The notes: generated by a model from the letters alone, not told the origin. A DNA stretch of 21,677 nucleotides from an uncultured archaeon (GCA_964407715.1 CAYOWP010000014.1:1-21677), one strand, 5' to 3'. Shown: positions 1 through 10,016, counted from the stretch's first letter. Translations and numbers: made by a program.

Positions 1-104
1 TTCCATTAGTTTTATTAAACCCAGAAACTAAGGAATATAAGATACTAAGTAGAGAAAACGGCCCTGTTTACACTATAAGTGCTGTTCCTAAAAATCTGAG
101 ATAG
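1..104 (+). CDS. 3' end of an upstream gene (partial, ...PLVLLNPETKEYKILSRENGPVYTISAVPKNLR*)
   Basis: Frame open from position 3 to TAG at 102-104; protein-like composition; too short to identify. Confidence 0.5.
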   Translation, partial: PLVLLNPETKEYKILSRENGPVYTISAVPKNLR

Positions 105-106
105 AT

Positions 107-496
107 GGCATTGTCCAATAATTCTTTATTGTTAAGCGGAAAAATAGCCTTTTAAAATTTGGCTAATGGGAAAATATCGCTACCATAAAAGTTTAAGAGC
201 AGATAATCTCTTTAAAAGAATAGCTGCTTTATTGCCTTTTGAGAAGGTACATCTCTAACCTTTTGTTAAAGATTAGCTGCTCTGATGTGTGTTATTGATG
301 TGGTATGCTTCCTGTTAACCATGTTTTATTAAAAACATAGTTAACGAGAAAATATCTTCATTCACTCATGGAATGCAGCATGTTAATCTTTCGTTAAATG
401 TTAGTTGCTTCATAACCATTATAAAGAGTTAGCCACTATAAATGCTATTTGCGCGTTAAATTTCCGCTTAACAATAGAGAATTATTGGACAAAGCC
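107..496. mobile_element. Non-autonomous foldback/MITE-like element, copy 1
   Basis: 36-bp TIRs at 107-142 (GGCATTGTCCAATAATTCTTTATTGTTAAGCGGAAA) and 461-496, 34/36 complementary. Flanking 9-bp direct repeat GAGATAGAT (98-106) / AAGATAGAT (497-505). Interior built from GGTTAAC...GCTAACC arms. No transposase ORF. Confidence 0.85.
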
Positions 497-522
497 AAGA
501 TAGATAATCCTTAAGTTAGATT

Positions 523-530
523 TTTATAAA
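523..530 (+). promoter_or_regulatory. Putative TATA box for the S8 protease gene
   Basis: TTTATAAA 23-29 nt before the ATGs at 553/559, consistent with a leaderless or short-leader archaeal promoter. Confidence 0.5.
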
Positions 531-552
531 TTTAACAACCTTCATTAATTTT

Positions 553-3500
553 ATGTTTATGGGCAGATTCAGATGGGTTCTTATCATCATAATAATATTT
601 ATTTTTTTGTGTAACACATCAGCAGGAGCAACTATCCACAAAAAATTCATTGATCCAATAATCGAAAAAGATTTAAAAAAGTATGAAAGAGAATCTCTTT
701 TTGAATCTATAAAGAGTTATCTAAGTAAAGAAAAAGAAGGAGAATATGATATCCTTGTATGTTCAAAGGAGCCAATCAAAAATGAGAAAATATTATTCAA
801 AACAAGAAACTGTTATTGGTACGGCAAGAAGAAAGTAAACCTCAAGAAAATAATGGCGCTAAGAAAAAATAAGGACATAATCTCGATAATGACATCAAAA
901 AAATATGTTCCTACATTGGAATACGCGATACCTTTCACATCAGGAAATTTAAGTTATTATGATACAACACCAAGAAACTTTCTTTATTATAAAGGTAAGA
1001 TTATAAATGGAAGCAATGTTAGGATAGCCATAATAGATACTGGAATAAACACATCTGAATCATGGTTTGGAGATGCTAAAATTATATATAAAGGAAGAAT
1101 TTACTATGATTCACAAGTTGGTTGTATAGAAGATACGAAGAGCTATGCAGATTATGATGGGCACGGAACACATGTTGCAGGAATTGCGCATGCTATTGCT
1201 CCAGGAGCAGAGTTAATAATACTGAAACCTTATGATGATACAACTGGAACTTTCTCAGATGTTGATATAATATGTGCAATAAACAAAGCTCTTGAATTAA
1301 ATGCCTCAATAATTTCTCTATCCTTAGGAGGATTCCCAATCTTTACAGATTGTGATGAGATGACAGATTCGCTATGTTATTACATCTCCCAAACCATTAC
1401 TTCATATCCTGAGGTGATATTTTCAATAGCTGCAGGTAATGAAGGAGATAATAAGATGCATTTTGGGAATTATCTTAGAAATTCAACAGTTAATTTGACA
1501 TACTTAAAAGATGCTGTTGATGACATTACCATGTTAATAAGATGGTATAACACAAGCAAGATAATCAAAAAAATAGAAATAATAGATGCATTAAACGCTG
1601 ATATCATAGGTATAGTGGGATATAATGGAACTGATTATATCTTCAATTACACCTATAATCCTTCAGCATCTTCTTTGTATTATTTCTGTACCCAAAATCA
1701 GTGCATTCTTTTCATTGATATTCAACATTCTAATGAAGAATATAATATTACAATTTCCTCAGAAGAAATGGATTATGATGTATATGCATATGATGTATTT
1801 ACAATGAATGAAAATACATTGCTTCCAAATAACAATAGCAGAAGCATTCTTACGCCTGGAATAAATCCTTTTGCATTTACAGTTGGAAGCATTGCTTCTC
1901 ACATATATGACTCGGGAAAACCTCATAGCAACATAGGAGAAATCTCTTTTTTCTCTTCAAGAGGGGATGTGAAAATAAATGATTCATATCCAATTTTAAA
2001 GCCAGACATAGTTGCTCCAGGAGAGCAAATATTGTCAGCATCTGCATATTATGGGAGTTATGGATGCATTATGGCGGGAACATCAATGTCAACACCTTTC
2101 TTCTCTGGTGTTTTAGCATTAATAAAACAAATACTACCATCAATAACCACAAAGGAAATTAGAGAAAACATAGGAAATATTACAGATAAAGATTCTTATT
2201 CCTTAATGAATTTTGCACCAATTGATAAAGGATACGGCTTAATTAACATCTCTAAAGTGTTACTATCATTACCTGAAATACATATTGGCTCGATTGCTAT
2301 TGAGGTGTACAATCCAAACATTAGCAATTATACCTTGATTTTGAATGTATCTCTAATTAGAGGATCTTTCAGAGCAAAAATAGCTAATGAAACTTTATTG
2401 CCCAATGAAACAAAAAATATGAGTTTTTCTTATACTATTCCTGAAAACCTAACAGCTGGGAATTATACTTTCCAACTTAGCATAAATGGAGAATTTATAA
2501 ATTCTCCATATAAAGAGATTATCAACTTAACAGCATATAGCAATATCTCATATAGGAATCTAAGAATATGGATGGATAATGATACATATAATGTAACCTT
2601 AACCCTACTAAATTATGGATTTCCAACCATGTGCAATCTCACATTGAATGATACCACTTTACCCATTAGGATTAATAGTACAAAGCGTATAGAGTTTACA
2701 AATAATCGTAAGTGTGATGACATAGAGGTTTCATGTATAAATAATATAGGGATCAAAAATATTCCTTTAGCAGAGCTTCATATGAACATTAGCACTGCTA
2801 ATCTCTCAATATTTGATAACTTAACAATAAATATTACACATACAATCTTGTTCCCATATAAATTAATAAGATATCATGCAAGAATTGGTGAAAAGGAATA
2901 CGTGGTTGAGAATTTATCAACTCTTACAATTCCAATAATTGATTTCATGAAGAATCAAACATACAACTATAATTTATCATTAAAAGCAGAAATAATAAAA
3001 CCAAATAATGAAAGTGTTAATGTATCTCTTGCAAGAAATCTTCCAATAGCAATCTCAATACCTCTAAACATCTCAATCTATGCAGAAAATACGAATAACC
3101 CAAAATACATTGGAATAAACTCAACAATCTCTATAAATATAAATCTTACAAAGAATATAACATCAAATATCTCTTATAGGATTGTGTTCCTTAATAATAC
3201 CATAGAATTCTTGACAACCAATACTTCAGTTAATCTCTCATGGAAGCCAAATCTAACAAATTTCACTGGAAATGACAACATAAGCGCTAATTTGTCTTTG
3301 TTCCTTATATATAAAAATAAAACGTTGTTCTTGAAGAATATTTCCTTTTTTGTAGATTTAAAGCCTCCGGAATTTTTATTAAAAAATACAACCAACATAG
3401 AGCATATATTGCTTCCTTTAAAGATAAATGAATCAAATTTATATGAAATAAAAATAGAGTATGAAAACTTTACAAAAAAATACTCCTCAAATGAGATTCA

Positions 3501-4596
3501 AGAATTTCTATTATTAGATATCTGTAAAAACATAACTTTGAATATAACCTTGGAAGACATAGCAAAAAATTATGCATCTTATATCTTAAATGCCTCATGC
3601 ATTCCAATCCCATCAAATTCCACATATAACCTAACAAGAAAATATGTATATGCAATGCATCTCAAAGAAGACATTAATATATCTCAAATTCCTGTGCTCG
3701 TAAGATATGAAAAACAAACCACAAAAATAACAATTGAAGGAGATAAGAAAAAATACACTCTGAATAAAAGCATAAAACTCATTCCAAATACCAAAGACGT
3801 ATTTGTAATTATAAACTTTACAATTCCCTCAGGTGGATATGACATTAAGAGCATATATAAAATAAATACCACAGAGAAAGAAATTACAAATCAATCGTTT
3901 GTAAGCAGCGGAATGTTATTTATTTCTTTAAATCTCTCGACGGATCCTTTAATTTATGTGGTATTCTATAAAGAAGAAAAAATAAAGAAATCAAAAGCCT
4001 CATCAGGTTCATCACATTCTTATAGAAATATAGTTTCTTCAGGAGCAATCTCAGAATCAAAAAATCAAACATCTCAAATAAAACATTCAAATAAAAAAGA
4101 ACCATCATGGAAGATAATTAACCAAACAGAAAATACAATAGAGATTGAGATATTAGAGAACTGTTCATTTGAAATTCCAATCTATAATATATCTATCTTG
4201 CTATCCTTTAACAAAACAAAGGAGGAAAAGGGATACTTAAAAATAACATATAACAAAATCCTAAAAACCATTAAGTTGTTTTTGGAGGTGATTGGCGGAA
4301 AAGCAAAAATAATAAACATCTCATCAAAAAACATTACTCAGATGTATATAATATGCATCAATAATACAAAGATGGAATTATGTTCGCTACCAATAAACAT
4401 AAAAGATAATTTTACAATTGCAATAAAAGAGAAAGAAATCTTAAAAGCGATATACTTAAATAAAACAACTCAAAATCAATATGCTGAGACATCAAAAGAA
4501 GAAACCACAAAAAGTTTGTGGTATTATGCGGCTTTTTTATTCTGCACATTTATGATATACATCTTTATTAAATATCTTATAAAACTAAAGTCATAA
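553..4596 (+). CDS. Secreted, C-terminally membrane-anchored subtilisin-like (S8) serine protease
   Basis: N-terminal signal peptide; IAIIDTG (Asp), DGHGTHVAG (His), AAGNEG (oxyanion Asn), KPDIVAPG, GTSMSTP (Ser); long C-terminal region rich in N-x-S/T sequons; Ser-rich linker; terminal TM helix with basic tail. Confidence 0.93.
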   Translation: MFMGRFRWVLIIIIIFIFLCNTSAGATIHKKFIDPIIEKDLKKYERESLFESIKSYLSKEKEGEYDILVCSKEPIKNEKILFKTRNCYWYGKKKVNLKKIMALRKNKDIISIMTSKKYVPTLEYAIPFTSGNLSYYDTTPRNFLYYKGKIINGSNVRIAIIDTGINTSESWFGDAKIIYKGRIYYDSQVGCIEDTKSYADYDGHGTHVAGIAHAIAPGAELIILKPYDDTTGTFSDVDIICAINKALELNASIISLSLGGFPIFTDCDEMTDSLCYYISQTITSYPEVIFSIAAGNEGDNKMHFGNYLRNSTVNLTYLKDAVDDITMLIRWYNTSKIIKKIEIIDALNADIIGIVGYNGTDYIFNYTYNPSASSLYYFCTQNQCILFIDIQHSNEEYNITISSEEMDYDVYAYDVFTMNENTLLPNNNSRSILTPGINPFAFTVGSIASHIYDSGKPHSNIGEISFFSSRGDVKINDSYPILKPDIVAPGEQILSASAYYGSYGCIMAGTSMSTPFFSGVLALIKQILPSITTKEIRENIGNITDKDSYSLMNFAPIDKGYGLINISKVLLSLPEIHIGSIAIEVYNPNISNYTLILNVSLIRGSFRAKIANETLLPNETKNMSFSYTIPENLTAGNYTFQLSINGEFINSPYKEIINLTAYSNISYRNLRIWMDNDTYNVTLTLLNYGFPTMCNLTLNDTTLPIRINSTKRIEFTNNRKCDDIEVSCINNIGIKNIPLAELHMNISTANLSIFDNLTINITHTILFPYKLIRYHARIGEKEYVVENLSTLTIPIIDFMKNQTYNYNLSLKAEIIKPNNESVNVSLARNLPIAISIPLNISIYAENTNNPKYIGINSTISININLTKNITSNISYRIVFLNNTIEFLTTNTSVNLSWKPNLTNFTGNDNISANLSLFLIYKNKTLFLKNISFFVDLKPPEFLLKNTTNIEHILLPLKINESNLYEIKIEYENFTKKYSSNEIQEFLLLDICKNITLNITLEDIAKNYASYILNASCIPIPSNSTYNLTRKYVYAMHLKEDINISQIPVLVRYEKQTTKITIEGDKKKYTLNKSIKLIPNTKDVFVIINFTIPSGGYDIKSIYKINTTEKEITNQSFVSSGMLFISLNLSTDPLIYVVFYKEEKIKKSKASSGSSHSYRNIVSSGAISESKNQTSQIKHSNKKEPSWKIINQTENTIEIEILENCSFEIPIYNISILLSFNKTKEEKGYLKITYNKILKTIKLFLEVIGGKAKIINISSKNITQMYIICINNTKMELCSLPINIKDNFTIAIKEKEILKAIYLNKTTQNQYAETSKEETTKSLWYYAAFLFCTFMIYIFIKYLIKLKS

Positions 4597-4604
4597 ATTA
4601 ATAT

Positions 4605-5297
4605 ATGGACAGAGATAAGGAATTAAAGGAGTTGTTTAAAAAAGCAGATATGCTTTTCCCATATCAAAAAAGAAGGGAAATCATATCGAGAATATGTGAA
4701 AAGATATATGAAATTGACAACATAGAAATACCACCAAAAATACAAAGAGTGGCAGCAAAGGTGAATAGAGGATATTTTGTACCAGAAAAATATCTAAATT
4801 ATGCATATGAAGATACTCCTCTTCCATTAATTAAAAATCAAACAATATCAGCAATCCATATGGTATTAATTATGCTAACATTGTTAAACATAAAAAAAGG
4901 TCAAAGGATATTAGAAATAGGTACGGGATCAGGATATAATGCAACACTACTCTCGCATTTGGTAGGTAAAAAAGGAGAAATAATAAGCATAGAATATTTT
5001 GATGAACTTTATGAATATGCCAAGAAAAGAATTTCTCTTCTTAACCTTGGTAATGTGCTTCTCATAAAAGGGGATGGAAAGAAAGGATATCCTTATAAGA
5101 AGCCTTATGATAGAATTATTTCAACAGCATGCGCAAAAGAGATATATCAAGCATGGAAAGATCAAATTGATGAGAAAAAAGGAATTATTTTGACTCCAAT
5201 ATATTACTCAGCATTCTCCCAAATGCTTGTAAAATATATAAAAAGGGAAGATAGAATAGAAACATATTTTCCTGTATCATTTGTGCCATTGCTATGA
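4605..5297 (+). CDS. pcm: Protein-L-isoaspartate O-methyltransferase
   Basis: R-x-x-F-V-P, AYEDTPL, QTISAIHMV, ILEIGTGSGYNA, GDGKKG..PYDRII and C-terminal FVPL motifs. Confidence 0.93.
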   Translation: MDRDKELKELFKKADMLFPYQKRREIISRICEKIYEIDNIEIPPKIQRVAAKVNRGYFVPEKYLNYAYEDTPLPLIKNQTISAIHMVLIMLTLLNIKKGQRILEIGTGSGYNATLLSHLVGKKGEIISIEYFDELYEYAKKRISLLNLGNVLLIKGDGKKGYPYKKPYDRIISTACAKEIYQAWKDQIDEKKGIILTPIYYSAFSQMLVKYIKREDRIETYFPVSFVPLL

Positions 5298-5338
5298 TTT
5301 TAATTAATATTTTTAAATTCTCAAAATTCTATATCAAA

Positions 5339-5405
5339 ATAGGGGATGATTATATCAGCCTTGTCTGAAAGAGTTTATGATGTAAGATGGGCGGAATGAC
5401 CCTAT
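5339..5405 (+). ncRNA. Box C/D methylation-guide sRNA
   Basis: Terminal stem ATAGGG/CCCTAT; C-like GATGATT, guide ATATCAGCCTTGT, D' CTGA, C' ATGATG, guide TAAGATGGGCGGA, D-like ATGA. Both guides pair with conserved archaeal 16S rRNA sequences (GCAAGGCUGA and CCGCCCGUC). Confidence 0.8.
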
Positions 5406-5462
5406 CTCAATTTAATATCTTTTCTATCTAATAGAAAAATAGAAAAAGAAAATTTGAAGGTG

Positions 5463-7109
5463 TTATTCTTCAAAATCCATATTGCCTGTATCCTTTCCTC
5501 CAGATGCCTTCTTAGCAGCTATCACATCATCTATTCTCAATATCATCTCTGCTGCCTCACTAGCAGATGCAATAGCTTGTTCCTTTATTTTTAATGGCTC
5601 TATTACTCCCATTTTCTCCATATCTTTAACATTTCCATCAAATACATCAATACCATAAGAAATTTTTCCTTCTTCATGCTTTGCTCTTAACTCCACCAAA
5701 ATATCAATTGGGTCTAAACCTGCATTCTCTGCTAAAGTGCGTGGAATTTCCTCTAATGCATCAGCAAATTTATTCACCGCTAACTGCTCCCTTCCTCCAA
5801 CCTTTTCTGCATATTTCCTTAACTCCTTTGCCAATGTTTCCTCTGTCGCACCTCCTCCAATCACAACTTTCCCACTCTCTAATGCTGAGGCTAAACTTTT
5901 TACAGCATCTTCCATTGCTCTGTACATTTCCTCTACAACATGCTCAGTACCTCCCCTAACAAGGATAGTTACTGCCTTAGGATCCTTACATTCTCTCACA
6001 AAAATCATATCATCTCCTGCTACCTTCTTCTCCTCCACAATACCAGCATATCCTAAATCATCAGATGTGAGATCATCAATGCTTGTTACTATTCTTGCTC
6101 CAGTAGCCCTTGCTAAAGCTTCCATATCGCTCTTTTTCAATCTTCTTGCAGCTAATATTCCCTTTTTGGCAAGATAATGTTGTGCCAAATCATCAATTCC
6201 CTTCTGAGTAAATACCACATTTGCTCCTGTTGATGCTATCTTTTCTACCATCTCCCTAATCATCTTTTCTTCCTGTTCAATAAATGCCTGTAATTGAGAG
6301 GGATCAGTTATCCTTATTTGAGCATCTGTCTCAGTTTCTTTAACCTCTATAGCAGCATCTAACAATGCAATTTTAGCGTTTTTAACTGTTGATGGCATAC
6401 CTGGATGAACTTTCTCTTTATCTAAGACAACTCCTCTTATGAGTTCTGTTTGTTCAATTGTTGCTCCTTCCTTCTTCTCAATCTTTATATTATCCAGATC
6501 TATTTCATATTTGCCATCTTTCTTCTCTATTATAGAAAGAACAGCATCAACTGCAACATCTGCTAATTTCTCCTTTGCTACCTCAGCTGATTTACCTGTG
6601 ATAGAGGTTAATGCAATCTTCTTTAGAGTTTCCTTATCCTTTAAAGATATTGATTTTGCTATTTTATGCAATACCTCTAATGCCTTATCAGTAGCCAATC
6701 TATATCCTCTTATTATTACGGTAGGATGAATATTTTGTTCAAGTAAACTCTCAGCCTCTTTTAAAAGAGCACCCGCAATAACCACAGCTGTAGTAGTTCC
6801 ATCTCCTACCTCGCTATCTTGTGTCTTTGCTACTTCCACAAGCATCTTAGCGGCTGGGTGCTGTACATCCATCTCTTCCAAGATAGTAACACCATCATTA
6901 GTTATGATTATGTCTCCTACGCTATCAACAAGCATCTTATCCATTCCTTTTGGGCCAAGTGTTGTTTTTACAGCATCTGCAACTGCTCTTGCAGCTGCAA
7001 TATTATTCTTTTGTGCTGTTTTACCAGTTTCCCTTATTGCTCCCTCAGGCAATATTAAAATTGGTTGTCCTCCTAAGTTACCTATATATGCACCTCTATC
7101 TCCAGTCAT
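5463..7109 (-). CDS. ths: Thermosome (group II chaperonin) subunit
   Basis: [20 protein letters not shown] and GDGTTTAVV motifs. Start moved from 7130 to the ATG at 7109, which follows the RBS GGAGGTGA (7115-7122). Confidence 0.97.
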   Translation of the reverse strand: MTGDRGAYIGNLGGQPILILPEGAIRETGKTAQKNNIAAARAVADAVKTTLGPKGMDKMLVDSVGDIIITNDGVTILEEMDVQHPAAKMLVEVAKTQDSEVGDGTTTAVVIAGALLKEAESLLEQNIHPTVIIRGYRLATDKALEVLHKIAKSISLKDKETLKKIALTSITGKSAEVAKEKLADVAVDAVLSIIEKKDGKYEIDLDNIKIEKKEGATIEQTELIRGVVLDKEKVHPGMPSTVKNAKIALLDAAIEVKETETDAQIRITDPSQLQAFIEQEEKMIREMVEKIASTGANVVFTQKGIDDLAQHYLAKKGILAARRLKKSDMEALARATGARIVTSIDDLTSDDLGYAGIVEEKKVAGDDMIFVRECKDPKAVTILVRGGTEHVVEEMYRAMEDAVKSLASALESGKVVIGGGATEETLAKELRKYAEKVGGREQLAVNKFADALEEIPRTLAENAGLDPIDILVELRAKHEEGKISYGIDVFDGNVKDMEKMGVIEPLKIKEQAIASASEAAEMILRIDDVIAAKKASGGKDTGNMDFEE

Positions 7110-7260
7110 AGTATTCACCTCCAAGTCCAAAATATTTTAATTTAAATTTTTTAGAGTTTTTCCAATTTGATCCTCAAGCATATCAAAAATGGAAAAACAT
7201 GCAATCTTTTTATAAATGAATTTCGAGTTATGATATATTATATATTTTTATAATTTTTAT

Positions 7261-7944
7261 ATGCCAAATTTAAAAAGATTAGATGTTCTATTTAATTTTA
7301 TGGATAATGCTGTTTATTGGAAAATAATTCAAATCTCAATTATTTTATTGTCAGTTATCGTTTCTGCAGTATTTTATAACATTCTACCTCATAAAATCGC
7401 GATTCATTGGAATACATCAGGTATACCAGATAAATTTGTTACAAAGAGTGTTGGCTTAAGTATTATACCTCTAATCATGCTTTTTATTTTCCTTTTATTT
7501 TCGATTATTCCGATAATAGATCCATTAAGATATAATATTCAGGAATGTAGAAAATATCATGAATGCTTAATTATTGTTTTTTTATGTTTTCTTTTTATAA
7601 TACATTTAGGTGTTATTTTAATTAATCTTGGAATAATTCATGACATAATTTTATTAGTGGATATCTCATTAGCAGGTTTATTATATTATCTTGGCATATT
7701 TCTACCTAAAGTTAAAAGGAATTGGTTCATAGGTATAAGAACTCCATGGAGTTTAAGTAGTGAAAGAATATGGAATAAGACCCACAAAAGAGCAGGAAAA
7801 TTATTCAAGGTTATTGCAGTTATTATGCTACTTATATTGGTTGTTCATTCATCAAAAGCGAGTCTATATGCTGGCATATTATTAACGATAATCTTATTGG
7901 CTTATTTAATTCTTTATTCTTACTATTTGTATTCAAAAACATAG
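7261..7944 (+). CDS. SdpI / DUF1648 family membrane protein
   Basis: LPHKIAIHWN..G.PD (DUF1648), NWFIGIRTPWSLSSERIWNKTHKRAG (SdpI), about 6 TM helices; start may be the ATG at 7300. Confidence 0.9.
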   Translation: MPNLKRLDVLFNFMDNAVYWKIIQISIILLSVIVSAVFYNILPHKIAIHWNTSGIPDKFVTKSVGLSIIPLIMLFIFLLFSIIPIIDPLRYNIQECRKYHECLIIVFLCFLFIIHLGVILINLGIIHDIILLVDISLAGLLYYLGIFLPKVKRNWFIGIRTPWSLSSERIWNKTHKRAGKLFKVIAVIMLLILVVHSSKASLYAGILLTIILLAYLILYSYYLYSKT

Positions 7945-7972
7945 TGTATAAAAAACCCAATTTTATTTTCTT

Positions 7973-8612
7973 TGAATTGGTTAACGAGAAGATATCGCTA
8001 TTCAGAAAGTTTTGGAGCAGATAACCTTTCAAAAAGGTTAGCTGCTCTGCTGTGGTTTGCTGATAAAGTATACCTTCTGTTAACAATTTTTTTATTATTG
8101 GTTAACGCGAAGAAATCTCTCTCACCCATGGTTTACAGCATTGTAACCCGCTTCGAAAAAGATTGGCTGCTCTGATATGGCTTGTTGATGAAGTATATCT
8201 CCCCATAACCAATATGAAATTGGTTAACACGAAGAAAATTGCCATTAACGAGCACCTCATAGCATGCTGATCTCTCCTGCGAGTTAGCTGCTAATTAACC
8301 GCTTTATTAGATTAGCTGCTATGATGCAGCTAATTGATAAGGTGTGGTTCCTGTTAACCAGATTTTTTATTTTTAATAAAAATGGTTAACTGGAAAATAT
8401 CACTTTATAGAGCATATTGCAGTAAGTAATTTCAAGAGGCTTAGCATGCTATTACATGCTTTGTTACTATTGATTTCTTTCCGTTAACCCACTCCAGAGC
8501 AGCTAACCATCTTAGAGTGGTTAGGAAGAAGATAACCTTATAGTAGTGGTTATGGTTATAGCATTCTGTAAGCCCTCTAAAAAATAGATATTTTTTCCAG
8601 TTAACCAATTCA
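7973..8612. repeat. Array of alternating inverted ~50-bp arms (about 5 palindromic units), same family as 107-496
   Basis: Repeated TGGTTAACnnGAAGATATC, GAGCAGCTAACC and their complements. Outer ends TGAATTGGTTAAC (7973) / GTTAACCAATTCA (8612) are perfectly inverted. No GGCATTG TIR seen. Confidence 0.85.
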
Positions 8613-8724
8613 TTAAACCGGTCAATAGTGAATAATCTGACTATCTAACAAAATTTTACCTTTTTAAATTTTTATTTCTAAAATCTTTAATTAAGAAAGC
8701 ATAACTTGTTATCTTAGAGTATTC

Positions 8725-8795
8725 GCGCCGGTAGTCTAGTGGTATGATGCCACCCTGCCACGGTGGAGGCCCGGGTTCAATTCCCGGCCGGCGCA
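8725..8795 (+). tRNA. tRNA-Gly (GCC)
   Basis: Acceptor stem GCGCCGG/CCGGCGC; anticodon arm CCACC-CTGCCAC-GGTGG; T-arm CCGGG-TTCAATT-CCCGG; CCA not encoded. Confidence 0.97.
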
Positions 8796-8806
8796 TATAA
8801 GTAAAG

Positions 8807-9664
8807 CTATATCTCAAATATAACTCCATCCTTATCCAAAAGCGCATAGATCTCAATATCCTCAAGAAATTCTCTTTTGATATCATTGATAAAATTTTCT
8901 ATACCATATTGCAGAATTTCATATCCTATATGTCTAAGCAGAACATATTTCGGATTTGAAGATGCTAACATCTCAACAATATCATCAAAACTTGCATGCC
9001 TAGTTGATGTTTTCTCGTTCCTTCTTAATACTGATGGATGGGCTATTAATATATCAACCCCTTTATAATACTTCTCAAAACTCTCAAAATATGCGGTATC
9101 TGATGTATATGCTATCTTTAACTTATCTGTTTCAAGAACAAATCCTATGGTATGCTCTTTATGATGTAGAGCAGGTGTTATTTTTATTTTAAAATGTTCA
9201 AATGCTATTTTTTTATCTACCTCTCCAACTATAACCTCTTTTGCCATTCTAAGATGATATTTTGAGATATAACTATTGCAATCTCCTTTTAATCCCAAGA
9301 CACATGGTGATGCTATAAGCAATGGCTTCTTACGATACATGCTTCTTGCGAATATACATTCAATTATTCCCTCAGCATCTGAGGAATGATCTATATGAGC
9401 ATGCGAGACAAACACAGCATCTATATCCTCAAAATTTACCTCACTTTCAATGGCACTTATCAATGATCCAATTCCTGGATCAACATATATTTTTGTTTTA
9501 TTAATGCTTAATATAAACCCCGCTGTTCTCAATCTTTGCGTCACTACATGATATCCAGTACCTCCTGATCCTATATTATAAAGAAAATTTGGTTCTTTGG
9601 AAATTGTGCTATAGGTAATATTCCTTAAGATTCCCAAACTTACCATTCCAAACGCTACCCCCAT
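8807..9664 (-). CDS. MBL-fold metallo-hydrolase
   Basis: GSGG, YVDPG, SHAHIDHSSD (HxHxDH), PALHH, YTSDT and LRHIG motifs. Confidence 0.88.
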   Translation of the reverse strand: MGVAFGMVSLGILRNITYSTISKEPNFLYNIGSGGTGYHVVTQRLRTAGFILSINKTKIYVDPGIGSLISAIESEVNFEDIDAVFVSHAHIDHSSDAEGIIECIFARSMYRKKPLLIASPCVLGLKGDCNSYISKYHLRMAKEVIVGEVDKKIAFEHFKIKITPALHHKEHTIGFVLETDKLKIAYTSDTAYFESFEKYYKGVDILIAHPSVLRRNEKTSTRHASFDDIVEMLASSNPKYVLLRHIGYEILQYGIENFINDIKREFLEDIEIYALLDKDGVIFEI

Positions 9665-9679
9665 ATCACAACTTAAAAA

Positions 9680-10006
9680 TCAATAAATCTTATTAGTTTC
9701 TTTGTCTATCCATGCTGCATAATGAACTGAGAGATTCTCTATAGGTATGGCTATAAACTCAGCCACTTCATAATTATGCATTACAAGAACCTCGCTCTTA
9801 AGTTTTTCTATTAGTTCCTCACGTGTCTTCATAATTATGAGATATTCTTCACTATTCACTACATTGCCTTTCCACCAATAAAGGCTATTAACATTTGATA
9901 TGATATTAACACATGCTGCCAATCTTTTATTTAATACCACATTTGCTATTTTCTTTGCTACTTCATAATTATCTGTAGTTGTCATTACAATAAAATATTT
10001 TTCCAT
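9680..10006 (-). CDS. cutA: Divalent-cation tolerance protein CutA
   Basis: RLAACVNI, SLYWWKG, EEYLIIMKT and HNYEVAEFIA motifs; AGGTGG RBS. Confidence 0.95.
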   Translation of the reverse strand: MEKYFIVMTTTDNYEVAKKIANVVLNKRLAACVNIISNVNSLYWWKGNVVNSEEYLIIMKTREELIEKLKSEVLVMHNYEVAEFIAIPIENLSVHYAAWIDKETNKIY

Positions 10007-10016
10007 AATGGACCAC

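Noticed and set aside
69-84. CACTATAAGTGCTG resembling the element's right subterminal sequence
   Set aside because: Short match lying within the probable upstream coding frame and outside the TSD; likely chance.
5681-7140. Plus-strand ORFs inside the thermosome gene, and similar shadow ORFs at 1625-4108, 8877-9504, 11513-11743, 14443-14628, 15196-16373 and 18550-18750
   Set aside because: Antisense or alternate-frame shadows of well-supported genes, with no recognisable motifs.
7832-8175. Small ORFs 7972-8175 (+) and 7832-8086 (-)
   Set aside because: Chance frames through the palindromic array and the SdpI gene end; no transposase-like motifs.
7973-8612. Integron attC sites or TIGR-like guide array
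   Set aside because: AAC...GTT cores exist, but the hairpins are too short for attC and enclose no gene cassettes, and no integrase is present. There are no C/D boxes, 36-nt period or Nop-domain gene as expected for TIGR.
8656-8886. 76-aa minus-strand ORF
   Set aside because: Antisense to tRNA-Gly and overlapping the MBL gene in another frame.
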